Below are positions 37,781 to 49,859 of a stretch of DNA of 64,000 nt, in pieces. Position numbers and translations under genes: made by a program. Every line of letters starts with the position of its first letter. Position 1 is the first letter of the stretch. Under the pieces are notes generated by a model, which had not been told where the DNA came from, ran no database searches, and saw only the letters and a list, made by a program, of their open reading frames with translations. The stretch comes from Haliotis rubra (lineage: Eukaryota), in assembly GCF_003918875.1 (NCBI RefSeq), contig NW_025765059.1:1612001-1676000 (forward strand). Reading direction: 5' to 3'.

Positions 37781-38539
37781 TCAGCAATGTTTGTCTGTAG
37801 AGCCCCTGTATGACGCCAACCACTGATGTACTTCGTCTAAATTGTAGAACTCAGGACCTCTTCCCCCCTCATATGCTATAACTCCATCTTTGATGATGTA
37901 CAGTCGCTCAAAGTAGCCGCCATATTGGATGTTGGCGGTGTTGGCAATATTGTCCACAACGATTGGGCAGACTGGATTCTTCTCAGCCAATATCATTGCA
38001 GCCTTGCGGCGGTCATCCAGTGACTTATGAGAGGCAATCTGAACATTGTACTCGAAGCGCCAACCATCAGATGCATGCGCCTCTTCAATATAAATGATCA
38101 GAAAATCGGCGATGTTGTCAAACTCAGACGCCACGGCGTTGTAGCGCTTGAATTTGCTCATGAACGGTCGTCAGGTGCAGCTCCCAAAGTTGACCACCAG
38201 GGGGCGCCCTTGTTTCTGAAAGTCCAGCAATCGGTGGATCTGTGTTCCGTCAAGTGAGTGCAGTCGAGGATTGGGGGCAAGATGGTGGAGGAAGGCGTCC
38301 TTATACAAGTCTAGATACGCTGCACGGAATATAGCTTTGAAGTGACTCAGCTTCAGAACAGAACGATCGTAGTCTCTGGCAAGGTCTTCACTGGTCGCCC
38401 CCTCTACTTTTGTTGTAGTAACAACAACAATGTGTTTCCCGAATACTCTTTTGAAGATTGTAGAGACGAGGTAGACCCAGAGACGGAGTATTATTCCCAG
38501 CAGGCGCCACAGCAGTACCGTCTGTCTTACCACGCCCAT
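37781..38539 (-). CDS. Dio: Iodothyronine deiodinase (selenoprotein) copy C, 252 aa; 254 aa (to 37775) if the terminal UGA is also Sec
   Basis: Hydrophobic N-terminus, RPLVVNFGSCT-U(38171-38173)-RPF, YIEEAHASDGW, YGGYFERL, GGRGP; the two ORF-track pieces are in frame across the TGA; SECIS downstream. Confidence 0.93.
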
Positions 38540-40701
38540 CGTACTGAAAGTTAAACAGCGAATTTGACTTAATTGTGCATGTGTTCAATCGAAACATAGT
38601 AAAAGAATATCGGGGTTCTTAACCAATTTTACTGAACATGACAGCCAATACAAATCCGTGGTGTACTGGTTAGAGCGTCCGCCCGGAGAGCGGAAGGTCG
38701 CGGGTTCGATCCCCGGCTGCATAACACCAAAAGACGTTAAAATATGGTACTTGTTGGTCCCTGCCTGGCGCTCGGCATTAATGGGTACAACAAGGACTGA
38801 TCGGCCCGGAGTCAGTAAAATGTGTCTGAGTTGGGTATTCATGCTTAACAAGCGGCATGGTATCTCAGTGGGCTTGCACTATAAAACCAGGTAAATTCTG
38901 GGCTAGTACAAGTAGCTACACATACACACGCACGCACGTTGTCATATGAGCGAAATAATGTTAAGCACGACGTTAAACCCCATTTTACCCCACCTCACCT
39001 CAACTGAAAGAGAGTTAGGTGTGTATTTACGCATGTCATTCTCACCGTATTTTGCCGTAGTGTTCAAACGTACGTTAGGTGCTTTATCAGTATTTCTATA
39101 AACTCCTAAACTTAAACACTTCAAAGTTCAGTTTTCATTGACAAGCACTGCTACCTGCAAATAAGATCATATTTCACCAAGCAATGCCAACCAGAAACAA
39201 GTATGTGGCATTATGCAGTGTGCGTTCTCAAACCTTTCTCGGTCAATAAGTCGCATATTGTATGACTGTACACGCACGTCACCTCAGTAATGTATCATTA
39301 TCTGACAGTTGACATATGTGTGTTGGCCAGGTGAAATGTATCACTATTCTTGGAGTCCTACTCTGTTACAAAGAGGGCGATATTGCAATTGTCCCCACAC
39401 AATTGGTGGGAATTCATTTAATCAGGTGGACAATTTGACCGGTGAAAATTTACAGTGGACAGAATTTATATTTGAACTGAACAGTTGCAATATGAAACGT
39501 ATGAAAAGTGTGACTTTCATGTGTCATATGCATGAAACGGAAAAATGTCAATTCGTTGATTACACATGAAAATGTATAAGGACTGATTGAGGAAATCTAG
39601 TATGCATTAAGAATACAATGATATATCTATTTCGGATTTCGTACTGTATTTGCCAGAAATTCCCAGCATATTGCAGTTGACATGGATTAAGTACTTATAC
39701 GCCATCATCGTCTCTGTATAGCCCTTCATGTTGAGGGGATTACCTCCAGACAGCCACACACAACACGTGGAGCTGCAGGTATGAATGCAAGCTATGTCGG
39801 TCAAGTCCAGTAATCTACATTCCTTTGACAACCGTCCAAAGGATACACGACTTGACCCACATTCTACATTGCCTGGTTGTTGTTTAACGCTGCACTCAGC
39901 AATATCCAGGTTTACCACGTCGGTCATAAATAATCTGAGTTGGGCAATTGAAAGAGGGTGGTTATAACTATCGAGATACGCAAATGAGATATGATGACAA
40001 GGTCAGCGAGTCTGACCATCAGACACCGCTGGTCCCCTTTATGACATGCATGGGTGGCTGAAGATATACTTCAGCCATAAGTTAGTTAAAGCAATTTCTT
40101 GGTTTTGTTCCTTTGAAGATTTGCAAATCTACTTATTATTGATTCCACTTGTCTGCAATTCATTCTCAGAACATGGCAACTGGCTGGGATAGAATGGGTT
40201 TCAGAACGATTTCAACTTTCCAATCGTCACCTTTGTGTCAAGAAATATTTCAACAGCTGCGGCTACATTGCATACATTTCGAACCTTCGAGTACGGAGGT
40301 CTTTCTTGGGCGATTTCGAAGAACACCACATTGCTCAAACATTGTTTGACCAAAGTTTCATCATACAAGGCCTACGTAATACTTTCTAATGTTTTATTAC
40401 CCGTGAAGATCCGGGGTAGAATAGGTCTTCAGCAACCCATGCTTGCCGCAAAAGGCGACTATGCTTGTCATAAGAGGTTCGCTGACTTGGTTGACACATG
40501 TCATCGGTTCCCAATTACGCAGATCGATGCTCATGCTGTTGATCACTAGATTGTCTGGTCCAGACTCGATTATTTACAGACCGCCGCCATAAAGCTGGAA
40601 TATTGCTGAGTGCGGCGTAAAACTAAACTCACTTACTCACTCTTATGTTTTATGGAACACGTGTGGAGGTCATTATCAAATATGGCACATCGGTGACAAA
40701 C

Positions 40702-41260
40702 CATTCTCTTCCCCACAGAGGTTACTTGTCATATCTTCCTACGAACCTCTGTTCTAATACGGCCATATTTCCCGGTTCTCGTAAAATCCCCTAGCGGCAA
40801 AAGATCGCAACACGAATTATCTCCCTTCTTTCTATCCAATCAGAACACGTGTTACATCGACTTAGATTCAACTTGACTAACACAAGCAAATGTGAGGGCA
40901 CAAATATCCCCCCATCTGCCGGGGACTTGTGTTGATGTTACACACAAGACGTTTAATGGCTAGCTTGTCCGTTGTCAACGAGGGCGATGGAGACGCCACT
41001 GATCCGCCATAACATGACTGAGTTCTGTCTAGCAGAAACGTTTGCGCATCGCGCAGGGGAAGAGGTTTAGTTTTCTCGAAGTATACGGAAATTACCGAGG
41101 CCTTGCGAATGATCACTTTTGAAACAACGTCGCTGATTGCACAACTAAATCTGATTGCCTCCAATCACGAGTCTTGAACGCTCACACCATGAAAGGGCCG
41201 TATTAGAACAGAGGTTACGTAGGAAGATATGACAGGAGTAACCTCTGTGGGAAGAGAATG
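40702..41260. mobile_element. MITE unique to the C-D spacer
   Basis: ~63-bp TIRs (CATTCTCTTCCC..CAGAGGTTAC...); GTGACAAAC duplicated on both sides (9-bp TSD, or 7 bp if the termini are CC..GG); empty site in the other two spacers. Confidence 0.9.
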
Positions 41261-41793
41261 GTGACAAACATGATATCCTTGTGTTTATTTATTGTAGATG
41301 AACAATTGACTTGCCTTTGCGTGTGTATGTGCCGGGTGTCCTCGGTGGACAGGATACGCTCACCTATTGCTAACATCTGGTGCCATCACCGTATCATGGC
41401 GATTCATGTACACATGCTAAGATATGATATAGTCGAAATCATACAATCGCATTTGCTATTAGCAGGGACAATCATTATAGATACAGAGAAGGCGTGATCG
41501 TTTCTTTTTACTCCAACTCTGTTTTCTCTTTTTCAGTTTGACCACGTGATCAGTGATGCTATCGCGTACACGTTCGGATGGTTGATTTTCTCCTCTGGTA
41601 AAAAAAACCCTGTAATACGATTCAATTATTTCCCAGTCACGTTAAATCTCACATTTGTCATAACCGTTTATTATTGGTTCATAGTAAATGCACAACTCTT
41701 CATGTTCAGCACAAAAATATTTTATTACAGATTAAAAACTGTGGTACATGTCTATACTGAGTAAAATGGACACATCATGAAAATACTATCATC

Positions 41794-41891
41794 GTTTTAA
41801 CCCTTGTGACGTCAGCCTATAGCATCGGTCATTGTAGATGCACAGGTTTTCTGCAGTGACGTCATAGAGGGACGACTCACTGGGGTTAAAC
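41794..41891 (-). promoter_or_regulatory. SECIS element of Dio copy D
   Basis: Core and helix II identical to the copy B SECIS. Confidence 0.8.
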
Positions 41892-42843
41892 GGGGAACAA
41901 TTTATCACGATGTTCCTTAACTTGTTGATATAAACCTGACATGGTAGTGTACCATCATTTGATACCTCAAGTGCTTCACCTAGGCCTTTAATGAGAGGAG
42001 TTCCTAGTGAGACGACGTAACTGCACTTATATATCATGGTTTGAGTTCTGACCTTTGTATATAATGTTTCAAGTAAACCCCTCCTATATTCCGATCAATA
42101 TCAGGACTGCCAAGAGTGTGTTCGGCAGGTAATAGTGAACCATTGAAATGTAAGTGTAATTTCTTGTTCGTTGGCCATTTGAGAGTTTTATTTCAACTGG
42201 GGTGGAGCATCCACAAAGATTTACATCTTGGGTATCGTATCTTGGGGAATTTCCGCTAGAGTAGCGCATCAAGAACGATAAGAATGGTCAGTGTAAAATG
42301 TTGACTTTCATTAATTGGAAGATTGTCTTGATTTCACCTTTTCTTACTTAAACGATCGCTATCTGAAAAAACACAATTATCAAAATGTATACACGTGATA
42401 AGGTAAAATACGGTCGTGGGCACCCCGCCAAACAGACACCCCCAACCTTAGGAAGATCACTTTTGGGAACGTTCACATGTACTTGCCCCTAAAACTACTA
42501 CTACTACTACTTGTGAATTTCTAAAAAGTTAATATTCAGCGAGAAGTATACCGGCCGGCCTAACGGTATTTCATAAAATCAAAGGTAGGGTTGGACCTTT
42601 CAACACAAGGCGTTAACTGGTTATAATTCTCTAAATTCGGCTCCAGTCTGTCGGTCTGCTGTGCTTAAAAGTCTATATGCCTATGTTCATTTCATTTTCA
42701 AACATACTTTCACATCTTGTGTACCTGTTCCCGTCAATTTGTGGTTTTCTTAACGTGCATAGTAAGATTGCTTGCTTGGAGATGGTACAGGGTGAGTTAC
42801 GTTACTTTAAAAGTTCAGCAAATGAAAATGTAATTGTTTAACT

Positions 42844-43608
42844 TCAGCAATGTTTGTCTGTAGAACCCCTGTATGACGCCAACCACTGATGTACTTCGTC
42901 TAAATTGTAGAACTCAGGACCTCTTCCCCCCTCATATGCTATAACTCCATCTTTGATGATGTACAGTCGCTCAAAGTAGCCGCCATATTGGATGTTGGCG
43001 GTATTGGCAATATTGTCCACAACGATTGGGCAGACTGGATTCTTCTCAGCCAATATCATTGCAGCCTTGCGGCGGTCATCCAGTGACTTGTGAGAGGCAA
43101 TCTGAACATTGTACTCGAAGCGCCAACCATCAGATGCATGCGCCTCTTCAATATAAATGATCAGAAAATCGGCGATGTTTGCAAACTCTGACGCTATGGC
43201 GTTGTAGCGCTTGAATTTGCTCATGAACGGTCGTCAGGTGCAGCTCCCAAAGTTGACCACCAGGGGGCGCCCTTGTTTCTGAAAGTCCAGCAATCGGTGG
43301 ATCTGTGTTCCGTCAAGAGAGTGCAGTCGAGGATTTGGGGCAAGATGGTGGAGGAAGGCGTCCTTATACAAGTCTAGATACGCTGCACGGAATATAGCTT
43401 TGAAGTGACTCAGCTTCAGAACAGAACGATCGTAGTCTCTGGCAAGGTCTTCACTGGTCGCCCCCTCTACTTTTGTTTTTGAGAGAACAGGGCTTCGTTT
43501 AGGTACCTTGAAAACTCTTGTGAAGATGGTGGAGACGAGGTAGACGCAGAGACGGAGTATTATCCCCAGCAGGCGCCACAGCAGCACCGCCTGTCTTCCC
43601 ACGCCCAT
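42844..43608 (-). CDS. Dio: Iodothyronine deiodinase (selenoprotein) copy D, 254 aa; 256 aa (to 42838) with terminal UGA readthrough
   Basis: ATG at 43608 just after a tttcag acceptor, homologous to the ATG of A-C; Sec TGA at 43234-43236; same motifs as copy C; divergent N-terminal linker. Confidence 0.92.
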
Positions 43609-45465
43609 CTTACTGAAAGTGAAACAGCAAACATATCTGAAATGTGTGTAGGTATCCAAATGAAACCTAAAGCAGTGGACATAAATGGTCAATACACTGA
43701 CTCCAGCAGAAATATTATTTTCACTATTTTGTTGGTACCCTTCCATCATTACATGTATTTCTATGAACTTTTAAAATGTGAAAATTATGACAATAATTAT
43801 GAAAGTTAATGATATCGTTTTGCCGTAAAGGTTGGCAACTCTGCTCTTGAAATGATGTAACCTGCGGTAGATCCTCAAGCACCGTGTGAGTGTAGACTAT
43901 CAACTAGTCTCTGACATGAACATATTTACTGAAAAAAGTTCATAGTAAAAAAAAATATAATATAATGAAAAGGAGCCCTGAGACTTTCTTCATTCCTGAA
44001 GCTGAGGAAATCTAGACTTGCCACATTTTGTAGACTTGCGTGGGCTTTCTTGGATATATTTGCTTCAGGGTCTGTACGACAGACTACGTGTGAGTGGTAC
44101 AGGTATGTGTGGCACTTTGGAACGCCATTCTTGTGATATGTCATCATATGATTTACAACTGACTCTTCCCAAGTTTCTGTTGTTTGTTCTTTAAATCAGA
44201 TTGTTTCCAAAATGCTGACGGAAACAGAAACACAAGAGTGAAACAGAAATTCAAATTGAAAAATGAAGCTAATATTCGGCGTCCGGACAGCTATCAGCTA
44301 TCGGTCAGTCAATAAGAGTTCCGACTTCCTTCTGTGGTTGAAAACGCAATGTACCAGCGGATATTCGAAAAATGTAAGGGGCAGTTATTGTTGAAATAGG
44401 AATTACTGATATCACAAATTCAGTGTATGATAACTAAAATTCATAACAATTTTATATCACAAAATTAATTATTGATATCGCAAAATTTAATGTAGGACAT
44501 AAAATACTTACGACTTTAAGACATCAAAAATTTGATACATTGATATGAACAAATACGTTACTGGATATCATAAAATTCATTTCCAGATGTTAAATTTTCA
44601 TGTATGACATTTATTTATATCAATTACTCATTTTCTGATCGATAATTGAATTATTGCTATGGTAATTATTTCATGATATCAATAATCAATTCATGCTCTT
44701 CTTTATTCGAAATTGGTTCAGCAAAAACTCATTTTGTGATCTATAATTGAATTATTGGTATGATAATTATTTTATTACTTCAATAATTATTCATATCAAT
44801 AATTATCTCTCACAACTTGTGAGAGAGTGACTTAGATTCAACGCCATTTTTAATGGTATTCCAATTTCAAAATCATCAGCAGCAGCAGCTTTATGTTGGA
44901 TGAAAGGACGAAGAGATGCCGGTTTCAGACGTTTATCACTTTGGTGCAACCTACGAGGACGAATGACGTGCTTACAAACATGGAAACACAATCTGGTCTA
45001 ACCTATACATCCACAATCACGGGGCTATTACTTGTACAGCGGCGCCTTGTCCCGTGCCCCGTGCCCCGTGCCCCGTGCCAACTGAGATGTTGGATGGACA
45101 TAATAAGATAATAGTAACTGCTTGTTGTACAATGTTCAGCACATTACCTACTAAATACTTATTGCGACATAACTACAGATATGTGCATACAGAGAAGTAT
45201 ATGTCAGGTATGAAAGAGAGGAATGCAAACGTGGAGAAATAATACCGACCTCGACAACTAACACCTGGAATGACGATAGTTGTTCCCATCAGCAGTGGAT
45301 TTCTGTGTCGTTCAAGAGGTCCTCCCCGATGTGACTCTAGGTCACAGACCGTTCTATTTTTAGGTCACCACAATTGATGTAAAGGGCGAAGTAATATGCT
45401 GGTCATATACATGCGTGATCGTGACCGATGAAGGTGAAGGTTGTACTGTATACGGATTTAAACTG

Positions 45466-46345
45466 TGTTACTACCTCTGACCTCTTGGTATACGTGTTAA
45501 AACGCGAGTGTTGGGGAATTAGCTCGCTTGGCAAGAGGTATGACAATACCAACCCACACACAACACAACACCTGAGTAAAATAAACAAGGAGTTTATTAC
45601 ACAGCAGTCACAGGATGATTTCACATAATCAGTCAATAATGGTATGGTTTATAATTAATTATTAGAACATGTTTACCATGTAATCAGCTATCAAAGTAAA
45701 TAAACATTACATGTAGATTCGTTACACACGACACATACTACATTAATCCCGACACATTTTCCAATGTTCACAACAATAGTTCAGTACACTACACATCACC
45801 ACAGTGGGGGTTGTAACTTATAGTTAATGTATTTACAATAGGTTAAAGTTAACATAGAATAGCAACAGTATGTCAAAGTAGAAGGAAGTAAAGTTTCTTA
45901 CCTGAGTGAATTTACTAGACAGCCACCCCTTGATTTGTGACTGTCATCCGTAATATATATTTATTCTAGCTATCGCAAATAATCGCGTTTACAGATAAAA
46001 CTTACGATAACGGTGTTATTGTGATCGTGAGATTGTGTCATTTAGTTGGACCGAAGCATCGATGGCCAGTCGCGAGTATGCCACAAAGGTATATGTGGCA
46101 CGGACGTGATTTGACCAACGTGGAATACAAACAGCCGTAAAGACAGATAAACGTAATGCACCTTGGTTCTGTTAGCTTTAGAGATACTGGTCCCGGATTA
46201 AGTCCGATGCTCGTTATCAGTGTGACCCTTCGCAGGTTTAAGATTGAGGAACGTAGTCGGTTAGTCTGTAATATTTCCAGTTTTCAATAACGCATATCGT
46301 TATAAAATATTGGTAAAACTTTGTCTAGTTTTTCCGTGTTGATAG
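45466..46345 (-). mobile_element. ~0.9-kb dispersed repeat, possibly a solo LTR
   Basis: Inverted homologue split into 56126-56666 and ~59340-59430; TGT.../...ACA-like ends when the copies are combined; end fragment repeated at 47432-47511. Confidence 0.5.
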
Positions 46346-47635
46346 TATCCTCCTGTTCTTTTAAAATTTCGTCCCGAGATTTCAATAAACAAAAATGACA
46401 TCATACAGTACATTACGAGTGATGACTAAATTGCGGTACGGAAACAAGTGGCACCGCGGATGCATGATGCCTGACGAGAACAGGTGTACAGACATTGATA
46501 AATAGTCAAATGATCGTAATGGTTTTAGATAAGATATACAGGAACGTACAAGTAAACACATAAGTCGACTTGCCAACATCGGCGTAGCAAAATATAACAA
46601 TTACAAGTTCAACGTAATTTCTGACGTGTACACACAAAACACAAGTGAGCGGCTGTCCAGCTCGTACAGACAAAACACTGGACGTTTCCAACCGAGCGAC
46701 AAAATCCTGCTCGCGGTTAACCATATAGTCGGAATACCTGACTGATAAGTACATATATGATATATAGAAACAAAAACATAATGTGCGCAATGCGTCGTCG
46801 TTTGCATATGAATGTAATATCTCACGGAAACAGTAAGATCCTTGAAATTGGGAGTCTTATATTGTGAGCCTAGACTCGGCAAGGCTAACAGATGTTGTGA
46901 TCTGCTCTAAACAAAGTAAGGACATGGAGAGAAGGGAACCTAACCAACTTCAAAAGCCTAAACTGACATATAATGAAAAATTCATTCAAGTAAATATGGC
47001 TCGACGATATTTCTACGAATCGTTTATGTGAGCCAGGGACCCGAAGTTACTTACTTCCGCCAGTATCATAGTTAAGAGTAAACTCACAGAGGCGAAACGA
47101 AGTACATGTAGTACGATACAGACTGGGTATACAGTCTCCACTAAATAGCTCGGTTAATATGCCTAGCAATGGGTCTCCATAACATTGGTATTCTTGTACA
47201 GAAGCTGTTACGACAGGGAACGATATGTCATATCTTTCATAATGATTACTTATAAATTTGATGCTCACATGTTCAAAATGGATGACATGAAAATGTAAGC
47301 AGGAAATCATATTGTATTGAATAGCTTATGGAAAGCTATTATCTATAGTGCCGGTTATAGACCTACAAAGTATGAGAAAAATCCTGGAAACCGGGAGTCT
47401 GGTTTGTATGGCAAGACTCGGATCCCGCAGATCTGTAATATTTCCAGTTTTCAATAACGCATATCGTTATAAAATATTGGTAAAACTTTGTCTAGTTTTT
47501 CCGTGTTAATATACGTGTAAACAGAGTCGGTTGATAAACAAGATACCTGACAGGCATTATGTTCGATGACATACAAAACAACAACACGTACAAAATAGTT
47601 TTGCCCCTTCATTATCTTTTGTCACATAATACATA

Positions 47636-48030
47636 TACGAGGGGTGTCCCAAACGTTTCCGGTCTTCCAAACTAAACGGCGACCTAGTTGTTGAACTGAC
47701 TTTTCAACATAATCCCCCTTCAGTTCAATGCACTTGTTCGCCCGTTTCTCCAGCATATTCAACCCGTCTGAAAACCATCAGTGACCAAACAACTCTACAG
47801 AAGTGATGACCTCCTCATCTGTCTTAAATTTGCGGCCCCTGGTGACAGATTTGAATTGAGAGAAGCGAAAGAAATCAGAAGGGTCAAGATCTGGAGAATA
47901 GGCTGGGTGAGGGAGGATCTCGTAGCCACAGTTCTATGCAGCAATCACTGCAACTTGGGCCGTGTGAACTGGAGCATTGTCCTGGAGGAGCCAGACACCT
48001 CGGAGAAGTTTACCTCGACGCTTTTCTCTG
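47636..48030 (-). mobile_element. mariner (DD34D-type) transposon 3' relic
   Basis: Minus strand encodes YEILPHPAYSPDLDPSDF; TACGAGGGG-type terminus at 47636. Confidence 0.7.
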
Positions 48031-48294
48031 ATCTGAGAGACACAAAGTCTGCAGTCTAGACTACCAGTTGTCCGACTTCCATCGTGGAAGTTGCGTTGGC
48101 TGAGCGGGTTAGACGGCTGACTTTGTATGCTGGCGAGTAGGTGCCTGACTCTGAGGGTGTGGGTTCGAATCCCGCATGGGACTCAACCCAACCAAAGTAC
48201 TAGAATCTGTACTTCACTAAGAAAGCGTAATCCCAAACATAACATATGTTACATTTGATGACTTTCTAAATGGCATTATGTAATCAACAACTTG

Positions 48295-48445
48295 ATCTTA
48301 GCAATGTACAGGTTAAGTGTCTGCCCCCTAACACAACTTCAGTTCTCCAACCTCTAGATCAGGGTGCCATCAGTGCATTCATGGCAAGATATCGCAGATA
48401 CCTATTAAAATCACTTATTTGCCGCATGGATGAAGTGCCAGTGAG
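48295..48445 (+). mobile_element. pogo/Tigger DDE transposase fragment
   Basis: LPPNTTSVLQPLDQGAI motif. Confidence 0.75.
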
Positions 48446-48742
48446 TTGTGTAAGGCAATCACTGCGTTAATTCACTGGATCAACAACGCAACCTAAACTT
48501 ATTCATGTAGACAATAGCAAAACGGCTAAGCCTAAACATTTTAATCTCGATAAAAACAGCAACGTTTCGCGCAAATGTTGACACAGATAAGGTAAATAAA
48601 CTTACAAATCCTGTCCGTATCCAGCGGAGATTTATCGATTATCAACGCGAGCTCTGATAGCTTCGCGCACGTGCTTGCTAATTCTGCACGTGAAACATTC
48701 GGGACACGGAAAACACAAAATACACATCCCGTTATCGTAAGA

Positions 48743-48903
48743 GTGAGTGAGTATGGTTTTACGCCGCTGTTAGCAATATTCCAGCAATATCACGGCGGGG
48801 GACACCAGAAATGGGTTTCACATATTGTACCCATGTGGGGAATCGAACCCGGGTCTTCGGCGTGACGAGCAAACGCTTTAACCACTAGGCTACCCCACTG
48901 CCC
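48743..48903 (-). mobile_element. SINE family 1 with TSD
   Basis: CCGTTATCGTAAGA duplicated on both sides. Confidence 0.85.
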
Positions 48904-49285
48904 CCGTTATCGTAAGAACAAGCCGTGGCTCGATACAAAACGTGGAAAATTCAGAACAAATCCATAAAGCAAAAAGGAATGTTAAGCAAAATAGATCCCA
49001 GTCTAATCTTCAAAAACTAAGTCACCGAATCGATAGCTAGCAAGAAATGGCTTGATGAACATATTAGAAAAATAAGATATCTCTTGAAAATATGTTCAGA
49101 GAAAAAATCACCGAAAGAATAAAGACAGCAATCCGCAAGACAACATTGCGATGCCTGATATGAATACTGTAAAAATCTAGATAAAGAAAACTATAGCGAA
49201 CCTGAATTAAATTTCGAAGAAAGTATCCCTGATTTGGAATATGCTATGCATATCTGAATTTACCTTTGCATTGTTTATTATCGGC

Positions 49286-49440
49286 ATTTGATGTGATGAT
49301 AACGCCAGTTTTAAGATATGGATCGGAAGTGGGGGATTTGAAGAACTTGACCTAATAGAGAATATCTATCCAAAATTTCTGAAACGTGTATCTGGACTAA
49401 GAAAATCTACGCCGCATTTCATGGTCTACGGCAGAATTTG
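49286..49440 (+). mobile_element. LINE RT C-terminal relic
   Basis: FDVMITPVLRYGSEV / KFLKRVSGLRKSTPHFMVYG-like peptide with a frameshift. Confidence 0.5.
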
Positions 49441-49859
49441 CAGAACTCCAATATATATATAAAATTACCAACGTATGTTATCGAGACGATGCCGAGCAGT
49501 AATTGCTGCCAATGGTGGCCATACAAAGTACTCACTTTGACGCCTCCTTGTGAACTCAAGTAAACAGAAACGCAACAATAATGGCTGCTGTTGTGTAGGG
49601 AATTCAAGACGTGTGAATTTGCACCTTTTTACCATTTAAATTACAGTACATGAAATAATTAAACTAACGCAATATATTTCATTTTTGAAGAGTGTGTGTG
49701 TATGTATATACATCGACAGATAGACGAATGTTTTTGATGATGATTTGGAGAGTTATATATGTTACAATTCTGAATGGGTTAACTCAGTTAGAGTCTGTCA
49801 TTGTTTAATAGAGGATATGAAAAAAATCCAATCATTATCTGCATCTAAGGCCGCATATA

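Larger units (their letters stand above)
28479..43485. repeat. Tandem array of ~4.7-5.1-kb units, each carrying a deiodinase CDS, 3'UTR/SECIS and spacer
   Basis: High identity of both spacers and CDSs; ATGs at 29085, 33777, 38539 and 43608. Confidence 0.93.

Noticed and set aside
43609-43749. N-terminal extension of copy D in the ORF track
   Set aside because: Lies upstream of a splice acceptor and of the ATG shared by all copies; non-ATG start; probably intron
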